NCBI GenBank assembly: GCA_007129355.1
Contig: SKVR01000061.1
Coordinates: 1-42,252 of the forward strand
Reading direction: 5' to 3'
DNA from: Bacteroidales bacterium
GTDB taxonomy: Bacteria > Bacteroidota > Bacteroidia > Bacteroidales > UBA7960
Length of the DNA: 42,252 nt
Within the stretch, counting starts at the first letter, position 1. Every line of letters begins with the position of its first letter. The position numbers and the translations under genes were made by a program. This document shows, piece after piece, positions 18,559 to 27,024 of this stretch. The notes under the pieces are model-generated. The model was not told where the DNA came from and ran no database searches. It worked only from the letters and a program-made list of their open reading frames with translations.

Positions 18559-18594
18559 AATCTTAAATAATCCGGAAAATCTGCGCAATCAGCG
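18559..18594 (+). repeat. Degenerate 9-10 bp periodic AATC array
   Basis: AATCttaaat AATCcggaa AATCtgcgc AATCagcg; resembles the ATCCGCG repeat at 4550-4567. Confidence 0.5.
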
Positions 18595-18606
18595 CTCCAT
18601 AGGTTT

Positions 18607-21600
18607 TTAAATCATTTTTTCAAAATTATGCTGCAAATAGTCGCATCCAGCTTTAAAGAATGCTGATTTGTTATCATGGTCTGTATGGTTTAAATCCCGC
18701 AGGCCAGTAACAGGTAATTTCTGCAATATAGAAGCGGCCTCAAGCATTACATCTGACGGAGTTTTATAATTTGCATCTAATCCCAGAGCTTGATATAATG
18801 CTTTCAATTGCTCAAAATTGTTATGCTCAATTTTGCCCGGATGTGTTTTCCCAAATTGCTGAATAAATTTCTGTGTATTGGTAAAACTACCGCCGGTTTC
18901 AAAGGGCAGGCTGGCAGGTAATATTACATCCGCTTCCCGGGCCGTTGGGCTCATAAAATAGTCCTGAACCACCATGAATTTTTTCTTTGATAGCAATTCC
19001 TTTATTTTTTCCTTATCTAATGCCGTTCCTATGGGGTCTTCACCAAAGATCAGAATGTTTTTTATTTTACCATCTTTGAGTAATGTCATTTGCTCAGTAT
19101 TAGCCTTTTCGGGTAACTTTTCAGTTTTCCAGGCATCTTTCAGAATTTTCATAACATCCTTATCTCCAATCTTATGACCACCCACTGATAATGCAGCACA
19201 ACCGCCCATATCGAAAATTCCCTGCGCATTATTCTTTTCCTTGAGAGCAATTAGTCCTGATGCAGTTTTGCCGATTTTGCCGGTAATAAGGGCCAGATTG
19301 CGCAGTTCGATACAAGCATTGGCGCTCAGGTTCTTTTCTGCAAAAACTACAACAGCATGTTGTTCTTTGTTATACTCATCAGCCCAGACTTTGATGTCAT
19401 CTGCACTGCATCCGCTTATACTCACAAGTTCACTAAAGTTTTCGGCCAGTATCTGCTCCCTGAACTTTTTATTTCCGGGACAATGGTCGTCAAGGTAAAC
19501 GGCATTTTCAAGACCTTCACTAAAAATATAATGAATTGATGCTTTTATGAAGTGATAATATGATTTTATTTTTACCTGATGGGAAGCTTTGTGCGACATG
19601 CTACTCTCTTCTTTGTCAGTGATAATAACAAGAGGAATATTATTCATATAGCAGCTGTTGTATATATAAAACCCTGCAACTCCGTTCTCCATGTTAATTT
19701 CACTGGCTAGCAAGTAAATTTTTCCTGCTTTTGACAGTTGATTGAAAGGCACATTCTCATAACTGTTTCTTACGTAACCTCCGCCTCTTTCCATATAATG
19801 AAAGCTGCTGATGTTATGCGTTCCCACTCCGGCGCGCGCCAGTTTCTGAATCAGGTAGATCTCTTCGTTGGAAAGCCGGGCACCTGCATAGAAAGCATTT
19901 TCATCGGGTGCTGCATCTTTGATTCTTTTTGAAATGATATCGTAAGCTTCATTGAATGAAACAGACTTGAATTCACCGTTTTCTTTCACAAGCGGGGTGG
20001 TAATGCGCTCTTTGCTGTTAAGGTATTTATAACCGAAACGGGCAAACCAACAAATGTTACCTTCCTTGTTCACCAGTCCGTTGCTTCCTGTAACACGGGT
20101 TACAAAGCCAGTTTTATGATGATACTCTACCTCGCATCCCACAGAGCAGTAATTGCAGATAGATTTGAAGCTTTCCATTGCAAGCGGACCCGCCTTAAAG
20201 GGAACATTTTCTGTAATTGCTCCGGTTGGGCAGGTTGAAATACACATTCCACATGATTCACAATTGGTATCGGTAAGCTTACCACCCATACTTGGGGCAA
20301 CATAACTGACAAAACCACGGTTAATCAGGCCCAGGGCGTTGGCGCCAACCACCTCCTTGCAGATTCTTACGCATCGCCCGCAAAGGATGCACTTGTTGTT
20401 ATCAATTTCAATGTGGGGATGCGAAAAATCGACCTGGAATTTCTGAAAATCACCTGCAAAGCGTTTCTGGTCAGCCTGATATTGCGTTGAATATTTCTTC
20501 AGATCGCAGGTGTAATAATCCGAACAGCCACATTCAAGGCAACGCAGTGTTTCATTCACAGCCTGATCATCGGTGTAACCCAGTTCTACTTCTTCGAAAT
20601 TTTCACGTAAAGAAGGATCCATGGTAGGCATTTCTTCGCGTTGCTGCCTTTCATAATAATCAGCATATTCGACCGGCTTTTGTTCCTGGAAATGATCCTT
20701 TCTGCTAATGAATTCAAAATCAGGAGGTGTAACTTCAGCACCTTGTAAAAATTTACTGCAGCTCTGTGCAGCCAGCCTTCCCTGTGCAATAGCTTCGATG
20801 AGTGTTGCCGGACCGGTAACCCCATCACCGCAGGCAAATACATTGCTGATGGATGTTTGAAGTGTATTAGGATTTGCATCAATATCACCCCATTTATTGA
20901 GACGTAACTCTTTGCCGGCCCATTGATTAATGTCGTCAATGAAGTTGACGTTGGTTTTTTGTCCGATGGCAGCCAGAATGTAATCCAGTTCGATGTCGAA
21001 TTCCGAACCTTCAATTTTCACAGGTCTTCTTCGCCCTGATGCATCGGGCTCTCCCAGCTCCATGCGAAAGCAGGTAAGTGATTTCAGATTTCCATCATCA
21101 TCTTTATTTACCCTTGCGGGAGCAGTGAGGAAATTGTATTTGATTCCTTCCAGTTTCGATTCATGAATTTCGATGGGATTGGCAGGCATCTCTTTCTCTG
21201 TACGGCGATACAAGACTGTTACATCGGTTGAGCCGCAGCGCATAGCCGTGCGGCAGCAATCCATGGCAGTATTGCCACCTCCAATAACTGCAACTTTTTT
21301 CCCTGTAAAGTCATATTTCTGACCTGTCATTTCCATATTACGCAAGAAATCAATGCCTGAGAAAATATTTCCGGCATCATCATTTTCGCAACCTATGCCG
21401 GTTCCATTCTGTGAACCGATGCCCAGTATTACAGCATCAAAATCTTCTTTAAGGCTTTTGTATGAAAGGTTATCGCCCAATTTTTGATTGTAGTGAATAT
21501 CAACACCCAATGCAGTAATTCCTTCCACTTCCTTATCAATAATGTCATTGGGAAGGCGATAGGGCGGTATGCCATAGCGCAGCATACCACCGGGATGGGG

Positions 21601-22278
21601 GCTGGCTTCAAAAATCTCAACCTTATGTCCTTCACAGGCTAAAAAATAGGCGGCAGAAAGCCCACCGGGGCCGGCGCCAATCACAGCAACCTTTTTACCT
21701 GTGAGATGTTTTACATCAGGCATATAACGTTCATCGGAAACAAGGTCAATATCTGTTGTGTATCTTTTCAGGTAGTCAATTCCGACACCAATACCCTCTA
21801 CAAGGTTACGGCGACAGGCAACCTCGCAGGGGCGCACGCATACCCGGCCACATATGGCGGGCAGTGGGTTGGTTTTCTTGATGAGTCCGGTTGCTTCGCG
21901 GTGTTTGCCCTGGTTGATAAGTGCGATATACCCCTGCACATCCACTCCGGCCGGGCAGCGCTCCTTGCAGGGAGCCACGCAATCAGCGTAGTGGTTGCTT
22001 GCCATTAGCTCAAGGGCAAACTTTCTGGATTTTACAACTCTCTCATTTTCGGTTTCAATACGCATACCCTCTGCAATTTTTGTGGAACAGGCGGGCTGCA
22101 GGCCCCTCATGCCTTCCACTTCTACCACGCACAAATAGCAGGATGAGTAAGGTTCAAGTCTGGGATCGTGGCAAAGGGTAGGAATTTCAATACCCAAACG
22201 ACGCGACATTTCCAGAATGGATTCGCCTGTGAATCCCCGAACAATTTTTCCGTTGATGATTATATTGAGTTTACTCAT
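18607..22278 (-). CDS. Large Fe-S flavoprotein: [2Fe-2S] + GltD/NfnB-like FAD/NADP(H) domain + 2x[4Fe-4S] + degenerate Fdh/NuoG-like molybdopterin-fold domain (StnC-like)
   Basis: IPTLC..CYLCVVE..PAC; CVAPCKERCP; ICGRVCVRPCE; GAGPGG; GGGNTAMD..YRRT; RCLECGC; CILCGRCVRIC; CESCGMCISTCP; CNYCSVGC..C. No Mo-ligating Cys/Sec motif. ATG 22278 preferred over TTG 22305. Confidence 0.88.
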   Translation of the reverse strand: MSKLNIIINGKIVRGFTGESILEMSRRLGIEIPTLCHDPRLEPYSSCYLCVVEVEGMRGLQPACSTKIAEGMRIETENERVVKSRKFALELMASNHYADCVAPCKERCPAGVDVQGYIALINQGKHREATGLIKKTNPLPAICGRVCVRPCEVACRRNLVEGIGVGIDYLKRYTTDIDLVSDERYMPDVKHLTGKKVAVIGAGPGGLSAAYFLACEGHKVEIFEASPHPGGMLRYGIPPYRLPNDIIDKEVEGITALGVDIHYNQKLGDNLSYKSLKEDFDAVILGIGSQNGTGIGCENDDAGNIFSGIDFLRNMEMTGQKYDFTGKKVAVIGGGNTAMDCCRTAMRCGSTDVTVLYRRTEKEMPANPIEIHESKLEGIKYNFLTAPARVNKDDDGNLKSLTCFRMELGEPDASGRRRPVKIEGSEFDIELDYILAAIGQKTNVNFIDDINQWAGKELRLNKWGDIDANPNTLQTSISNVFACGDGVTGPATLIEAIAQGRLAAQSCSKFLQGAEVTPPDFEFISRKDHFQEQKPVEYADYYERQQREEMPTMDPSLRENFEEVELGYTDDQAVNETLRCLECGCSDYYTCDLKKYSTQYQADQKRFAGDFQKFQVDFSHPHIEIDNNKCILCGRCVRICKEVVGANALGLINRGFVSYVAPSMGGKLTDTNCESCGMCISTCPTGAITENVPFKAGPLAMESFKSICNYCSVGCEVEYHHKTGFVTRVTGSNGLVNKEGNICWFARFGYKYLNSKERITTPLVKENGEFKSVSFNEAYDIISKRIKDAAPDENAFYAGARLSNEEIYLIQKLARAGVGTHNISSFHYMERGGGYVRNSYENVPFNQLSKAGKIYLLASEINMENGVAGFYIYNSCYMNNIPLVIITDKEESSMSHKASHQVKIKSYYHFIKASIHYIFSEGLENAVYLDDHCPGNKKFREQILAENFSELVSISGCSADDIKVWADEYNKEQHAVVVFAEKNLSANACIELRNLALITGKIGKTASGLIALKEKNNAQGIFDMGGCAALSVGGHKIGDKDVMKILKDAWKTEKLPEKANTEQMTLLKDGKIKNILIFGEDPIGTALDKEKIKELLSKKKFMVVQDYFMSPTAREADVILPASLPFETGGSFTNTQKFIQQFGKTHPGKIEHNNFEQLKALYQALGLDANYKTPSDVMLEAASILQKLPVTGLRDLNHTDHDNKSAFFKAGCDYLQHNFEKMI

Positions 22279-22351
22279 TGATTTTTGGCTTTTTGATAAC
22301 CGCAAGCGGCAGTATTTTCAGAAAACGTTTCAATTAAATTTCATTAACTGG

Positions 22352-24130
22352 TCAGGACAATCTGATAGCTTTAAATTTACATTTTGTAAAACAAACTCCG
22401 CACTGAATGCAAACATCCTGCAGAATATGGTGTACCTGTTTCTTTTCACCTTCTATTGCATCAACCGGACATCCTTTGGCACAAGCCATGCAGCCGGTGC
22501 AATTTTTGGCAATTACCTCATAGGTAAGCAGTTTCTTACAGCTTAAGGCAGGGCACTTGTGGTCGCGGATATGGGCTTCGTATTCATCGCGGAAGTATTT
22601 GATAGTCGTAAGAACCGGGTTGGGTGCTGTTTGTCCCAGCCCGCATAGTGAGCTGTCTTTAATGGTATGTGCAATTTCTTCAAGCAATTCAATGTCGCCT
22701 TGCCTGCCTTGGCCCTCGGTTATGCGGGTAAGGATTTCCAGCATACGTTTTGTACCAATTCGGCAGAAAGTGCATTTGCCGCATGATTCTTTCTGGGTAA
22801 AGTCAAGGAAAAACTTTGCCACGTCTACCACACATGTTGTTTCATCCATCACTACCATACCTCCGGATCCCATGATGGCACCGGTGGCATTTACACTGTC
22901 GTAATCTACAATGGTGTGCGAAAGGTATTCAGGGATACAACCTCCGGAGGGTCCTCCCAATTGCACAGCCTTAAATTTCTTATCGCCGGTTATCCCTCCA
23001 CCCAGTTTATAAATAATGTCTTTAATGGTAATTCCCATGGGAACTTCCACAAGACCGCCGTGTTTGATTTTTCCAGTTAAGGCAAAAACCTTGGTACCCT
23101 TACTTTTCTCTGTTCCGTACTTGGCGAATTCCTGCGGGCCGTTGTAAATGATCCAGGGGATATTGGCAAGGGTTTCCACATTATTGATGTTGGTGGGATG
23201 TTTCCATAAGCCACTCTCGGCAGGGAAGGGGGGACGTCGGCGTGGCATGCCTCTTTCGCCTTCTATGGATGCAATTAGTGCGGTTTCTTCACCGCAAACA
23301 AATGCTCCTGCGCCCTCTTTTATCTGAATTTCGAGATTAAAATTGGGGATGCCAAAAATATTTTCACCCAGGTAGCCTTTTTTTCGTGCCTGGTCCAGGG
23401 CTATGTTCAGCCTTTTAATTGCCAGCGGATATTCAGCACGGCAATAGATATATCCTTCAGAAGCTCCAATAGCATAAGCGCAAATCATCATACCTTCAAT
23501 AACGCTGTGCGGATCACCTTCCAGTATAGAGCGGTCCATAAAAGCTCCGGGGTCACCTTCATCAGCGTTGCATATCACATATTTCTTGTCGGAGTTATTA
23601 TTTCTTGCAAATTTCCACTTCAAACCTGCAGGAAAACCACCGCCACCGCGGCCTCTTATGCCGCTGTCAAGCACACTTTGAATTACCTTTTCGTGCGACA
23701 TGTTGGTATTGGAAATTTTTCGCATGGCTTCATAACCACCCATCAATTCATATTCTTCAATACTTTCCGGATCAATGTGGCCGCAATTTCTTAGGGTAAT
23801 TTTTACTTGCCCGTCGAAGAAGGATGCGTCCTCCGATTTATACTTCTCCGATTCAATAATGTACTCGGGAATAGGTGAAAAGTTTTTGATGTGTTTCTCG
23901 ATGATCTCATCAACCCGTTTTACATCTACACTTCCGTAAAGATACTTCCCGGTGTCATCAATAATTTCAACAAGGGGTTCACGAAAGCACATGCCAATGC
24001 AACTGGTTTTCTTGATCTCAAAATCCAGTTTGTCAGCTTGCCTGATGCGGTGAAATTCATCAAAGGTTTTTCCCGCTCCTGCAGCCAGACCGCAACTTCC
24101 AAGTCCTACTATTACTGTTGCTTTTTTCAT
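22352..24130 (-). CDS. NuoF/HydB-like NADH-binding FMN Fe-S subunit (StnB-like)
   Basis: RGRGGGGFP, NADEGDPGAFMDR, GAFVCGEET, GGPSGGC, ESCGKCTFCRIG and a C-terminal 2x[4Fe-4S] domain. Confidence 0.92.
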   Translation of the reverse strand: MKKATVIVGLGSCGLAAGAGKTFDEFHRIRQADKLDFEIKKTSCIGMCFREPLVEIIDDTGKYLYGSVDVKRVDEIIEKHIKNFSPIPEYIIESEKYKSEDASFFDGQVKITLRNCGHIDPESIEEYELMGGYEAMRKISNTNMSHEKVIQSVLDSGIRGRGGGGFPAGLKWKFARNNNSDKKYVICNADEGDPGAFMDRSILEGDPHSVIEGMMICAYAIGASEGYIYCRAEYPLAIKRLNIALDQARKKGYLGENIFGIPNFNLEIQIKEGAGAFVCGEETALIASIEGERGMPRRRPPFPAESGLWKHPTNINNVETLANIPWIIYNGPQEFAKYGTEKSKGTKVFALTGKIKHGGLVEVPMGITIKDIIYKLGGGITGDKKFKAVQLGGPSGGCIPEYLSHTIVDYDSVNATGAIMGSGGMVVMDETTCVVDVAKFFLDFTQKESCGKCTFCRIGTKRMLEILTRITEGQGRQGDIELLEEIAHTIKDSSLCGLGQTAPNPVLTTIKYFRDEYEAHIRDHKCPALSCKKLLTYEVIAKNCTGCMACAKGCPVDAIEGEKKQVHHILQDVCIQCGVCFTKCKFKAIRLS

Positions 24131-24165
24131 CTGTTAATAATTTGTTTAAATAGGTCAGATGCCTG

Positions 24166-24181
24166 TCCCGCGCATGCGGGA
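24166..24181. repeat. REP-like palindrome TCCCGC-GCAT-GCGGGA
   Basis: Perfect 6-bp GC-rich stem in the spacer between the NuoE-like and NuoF-like genes. Confidence 0.5.
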
Positions 24182-24203
24182 GAGCTCGCCATAAACGTTT
24201 GCT

Positions 24204-24749
24204 CTAGTTTTCTTCATTTTCCAGAAGTTTCTCATTCCGTCTGATCTCCTTTACTATTTTTGATGCTTCTTTAGGAGTTAGTTTACCGTAGGTTTCTTCT
24301 TCTATCATCATTACCGGTGCCAGTGAACAACAACCCAGGCAGGCAACAGTCTCAAGGGTGAAAATCCTGTCTTCGGTAGTTTCCCCATCCTTTAAATTAA
24401 GTAAATCTGATAATTCATCCGTTATGGCTGTAACTCCCTGAACGTGACATGCTGTACCGTGGCACATTTTAATTATGTGTTTACCGGCAGGTTTTAGCCT
24501 GAACTGTGCGTAAAATGTTGCGACCCCATACATCTCGTTGAGTTTAAGCCCGGTTTCATGATTTAGTTTTAGAAATGCTTCGCGTGGTATATAACCGTAA
24601 ATTTCCTGTGTACCCTGTAAAAGTGGAATCAGATTACCTTTCCGGGTTTTGTATTTTTCTATAAGCGGATTCATCAATGCCAGATCGGGAGTTTCAGGCA
24701 TTGGATCTGAATCAGTTATTGGTTCAGGTATAATTCTTTTTATGCGCAT
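24204..24749 (-). CDS. NuoE/HydC-like [2Fe-2S] subunit (StnA-like)
   Basis: LIPLLQ..Q..YGYIP, VATFYAQF, CHGTACHV and ACLGCCSLAPV. Confidence 0.92.
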   Translation of the reverse strand: MRIKRIIPEPITDSDPMPETPDLALMNPLIEKYKTRKGNLIPLLQGTQEIYGYIPREAFLKLNHETGLKLNEMYGVATFYAQFRLKPAGKHIIKMCHGTACHVQGVTAITDELSDLLNLKDGETTEDRIFTLETVACLGCCSLAPVMMIEEETYGKLTPKEASKIVKEIRRNEKLLENEEN

Positions 24750-24852
24750 ATTAAAAATGTTTGGCGAAAAGTATAGAAAATAAACTCACAATAACAACTA
24801 TAAATGAAAAAAATATTTCACGAGTTAAGTTTGGAAAAATCAATTAAAATTA

Positions 24853-25695
24853 CTATTGCCGGGTTTTTTCTCTTTTGAAAATAAAAAACATATACTTCTT
24901 ATTTTTTCGGAATTCGGTAGAATCAATAAGAATCATATTTTCCTGAGCTTTTGCTATATTCTTTCTGAAAAACCACTTAAGTGTTTTGAAAATAAAAGGC
25001 CTTCTTTCCAGGAATTTTTCCTGCGCAATATCTATGGTTGGAAGAACATATTTTTCTGTAAAAATTTTTGCAGTATCCAGGGTGGGAAGAGTTGCTTCTG
25101 TAATATCTTCTTCCTTCACAATGTGGTAATTATTTTTATTTGCTTCTTCAAGGAAGGCACTCAATCTGTGTCCGCTTTTTGCCATTTTGCCTTCTGCATG
25201 ATCCAGAACAAAGTAGTCACAAACCATCAGGTATCCATGATCTTTGATGAGTTCATTGGTTTTTGCAAACAATTTTTTTAGCGGGATGTACTGTGCCGAT
25301 TCGCTCATCAAAATCATATCATACATTTTCTCTGAAGAAAAGTTCTGGTAACGGGCCAGATGAAAAGGTACAGGAATTCTTTTCTCAAATAATTCTTTCT
25401 GATAGAGGTCAGGCGATAAGCCTTCAACCAGGTAGCTTTTTCTGAAAAGGCTTTCTGACATTGCTCCCGTTCCGCAACCCACATCCAGAATATGGGTATC
25501 TGAGCTTTCGGGAAACAGTAAATTTATTTCTCCGGAAAGGAACTCTTCATAACGAAGTTGGGCTTGAATTAATCCGTCGATGTTTCTCGTATCGGAATTT
25601 TTAAATAAGCCATAGTGAAGACGGTCAAGGCCCAGAACTTCATTATAGAATCGCAGGGCTCTGTCTTTTTTGAATTTTTCTTTTGTTGGTGCCAA
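24853..25695 (-). CDS. Class I SAM-dependent methyltransferase, substrate unknown
   Basis: Motif I ILDVGCGTG and N-terminal LHYGLF, as in sterol/tocopherol/N-methyltransferase-like enzymes. TTG start. Confidence 0.82.
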   Translation of the reverse strand: MAPTKEKFKKDRALRFYNEVLGLDRLHYGLFKNSDTRNIDGLIQAQLRYEEFLSGEINLLFPESSDTHILDVGCGTGAMSESLFRKSYLVEGLSPDLYQKELFEKRIPVPFHLARYQNFSSEKMYDMILMSESAQYIPLKKLFAKTNELIKDHGYLMVCDYFVLDHAEGKMAKSGHRLSAFLEEANKNNYHIVKEEDITEATLPTLDTAKIFTEKYVLPTIDIAQEKFLERRPFIFKTLKWFFRKNIAKAQENMILIDSTEFRKNKKYMFFIFKREKTRQ

Positions 25696-25842
25696 AGTTT
25701 TCTGAATTTAAATTTCTGATAAATTGCATATACAAACGATGAATAATAAATTATCCCATGTGGATTTGCATGGGGTAAAAGTAAAAATTATAACAATCTG
25801 ATTGATTGCAGAAAAGAAAACCAGCCTTATTTAGAATTATTA

Positions 25843-26859
25843 TTAATCACTGTATCGGGTAAAGGGAGTAAGTTTCTGGCTGGCAAAATCACCTTTAATA
25901 TACTTTAAATAGCCTGTAATAGCTATCATTGCTGCATTGTCGGTACTATATTCAAACTTGGGAATATACACTTTCCAGCCTGATGCATCTCTTTCCTGAA
26001 GCATTGCATTTCTCAAGCCGGAGTTTGCTGATACTCCACCTGCAATAGCTACATGTTTAATGCCCGTTTGCTGAGCAGCTTTGCGAAGCTTTTGCATCAG
26101 GATCTCAATGATAGTATGCTGAATTGAAGCGCAAAGATCGGGTTTATGTTGTTCGATAAAATCGGGATTTTCTTTTAGACGATCGCGCAGGAAATACAGA
26201 ATGGAAGTTTTAAGCCCGCTGAAAGAGAAGTCAAGGTTAGGGATATTCGGGTGAGGAAACTTAATGGCATTAGGGTTTCCCTCTTTTGCCAGTTTATCAA
26301 TGAGTGGTCCGCCGGGATAAGGCAATCCCATGATTTTGGCAGCTTTGTCAAAGGTTTCGCCGGCAGCATCGTCGATCGTCTGACCTATAACCTGCATTTG
26401 AAAGTAATCTTTGATAAGCATGATTTGTGTATGACCGCCGGAAACAGTAAGACAAAGGAAGGGGAATTCAGGTTTTTCGGGCTGTTGTATATCTTCAATG
26501 AAATGAGCAAGGATGTGGGCGTGCATATGGTTTACCTCGATTAAAGGAATACCCAGTGCCATAGAAAAAGATTTGGCGAAAGATGCCCCCACCAGAAGCG
26601 AGCCCAGCAGCCCTGGTCCATTGGTAAAAGCAATGGCATTTAACTGTTTTTTATTTATCTTTGCCATATCTAATGCCCTGTGAATTACCGGGATAATATT
26701 TTGCTGGTGTGCACGTGATGCCAATTCAGGTACCACTCCTCCATAAAATTTATGAACATCCTGATTAGCAATAACATTGGCAAGGATTTTGTTGTTCTTT
26801 AATACAGCTGCGGAAGTATCATCGCAGGAAGATTCGATACCCAGAATATATGTGTCCAT
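25843..26859 (-). CDS. tsaD: tRNA N6-threonylcarbamoyladenosine transferase TsaD
   Basis: ILGIESSCDDT, GGVVPELASRAH, NHMHAH, VSGGHT, DDAAGETFDK, FSFSGLKT and TDNAAMIA. Confidence 0.97.
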   Translation of the reverse strand: MDTYILGIESSCDDTSAAVLKNNKILANVIANQDVHKFYGGVVPELASRAHQQNIIPVIHRALDMAKINKKQLNAIAFTNGPGLLGSLLVGASFAKSFSMALGIPLIEVNHMHAHILAHFIEDIQQPEKPEFPFLCLTVSGGHTQIMLIKDYFQMQVIGQTIDDAAGETFDKAAKIMGLPYPGGPLIDKLAKEGNPNAIKFPHPNIPNLDFSFSGLKTSILYFLRDRLKENPDFIEQHKPDLCASIQHTIIEILMQKLRKAAQQTGIKHVAIAGGVSANSGLRNAMLQERDASGWKVYIPKFEYSTDNAAMIAITGYLKYIKGDFASQKLTPFTRYSD

Positions 26860-27016
26860 CAATTAAATCCGGTTTTTTTGCATTATTTTATTGTGGTAAC
26901 TCTTCTAAAGGGCTTTCTTAAGCTTGTTTTTATTGTATATTATCAGGCTATTATTGTCCTGTATAATCAATCGGAACTCCTAAAGAATTTACACGTTTAA
27001 ATACCTAAAAGGGAGG

Positions 27017-27024
27017 CAAAGTTA
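27017..27024 (-). promoter_or_regulatory. -7 promoter box for tsaD (TAACTTTG on the minus strand)
   Basis: Plus strand CAAAGTTA is the reverse complement of TAnnTTTG and points toward tsaD. Confidence 0.55.

Noticed and set aside
18607-24749. [FeFe]-hydrogenase, complex I or selenocysteine formate dehydrogenase
   Set aside because: No H-cluster motifs, no membrane Nuo subunits, no Mo-ligand Cys/Sec-His and no in-frame TGA.
24774-24823. Possible Rex operator upstream of the redox operon (CTCACAA and TTCACGA half-sites)
   Set aside because: Only right half-sites are present; neither forms the TTGTGAA-N4-TTCACAA palindrome.
25755-25774. Hairpin CCCATG..CATGGG as a tsaD terminator
   Set aside because: There is no convincing U tract on either strand.
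26863-26883. Six-codon minus-strand uORF MQKNRI ending just before tsaD
   Set aside because: Too short to distinguish from chance in AT-rich DNA without conservation data.
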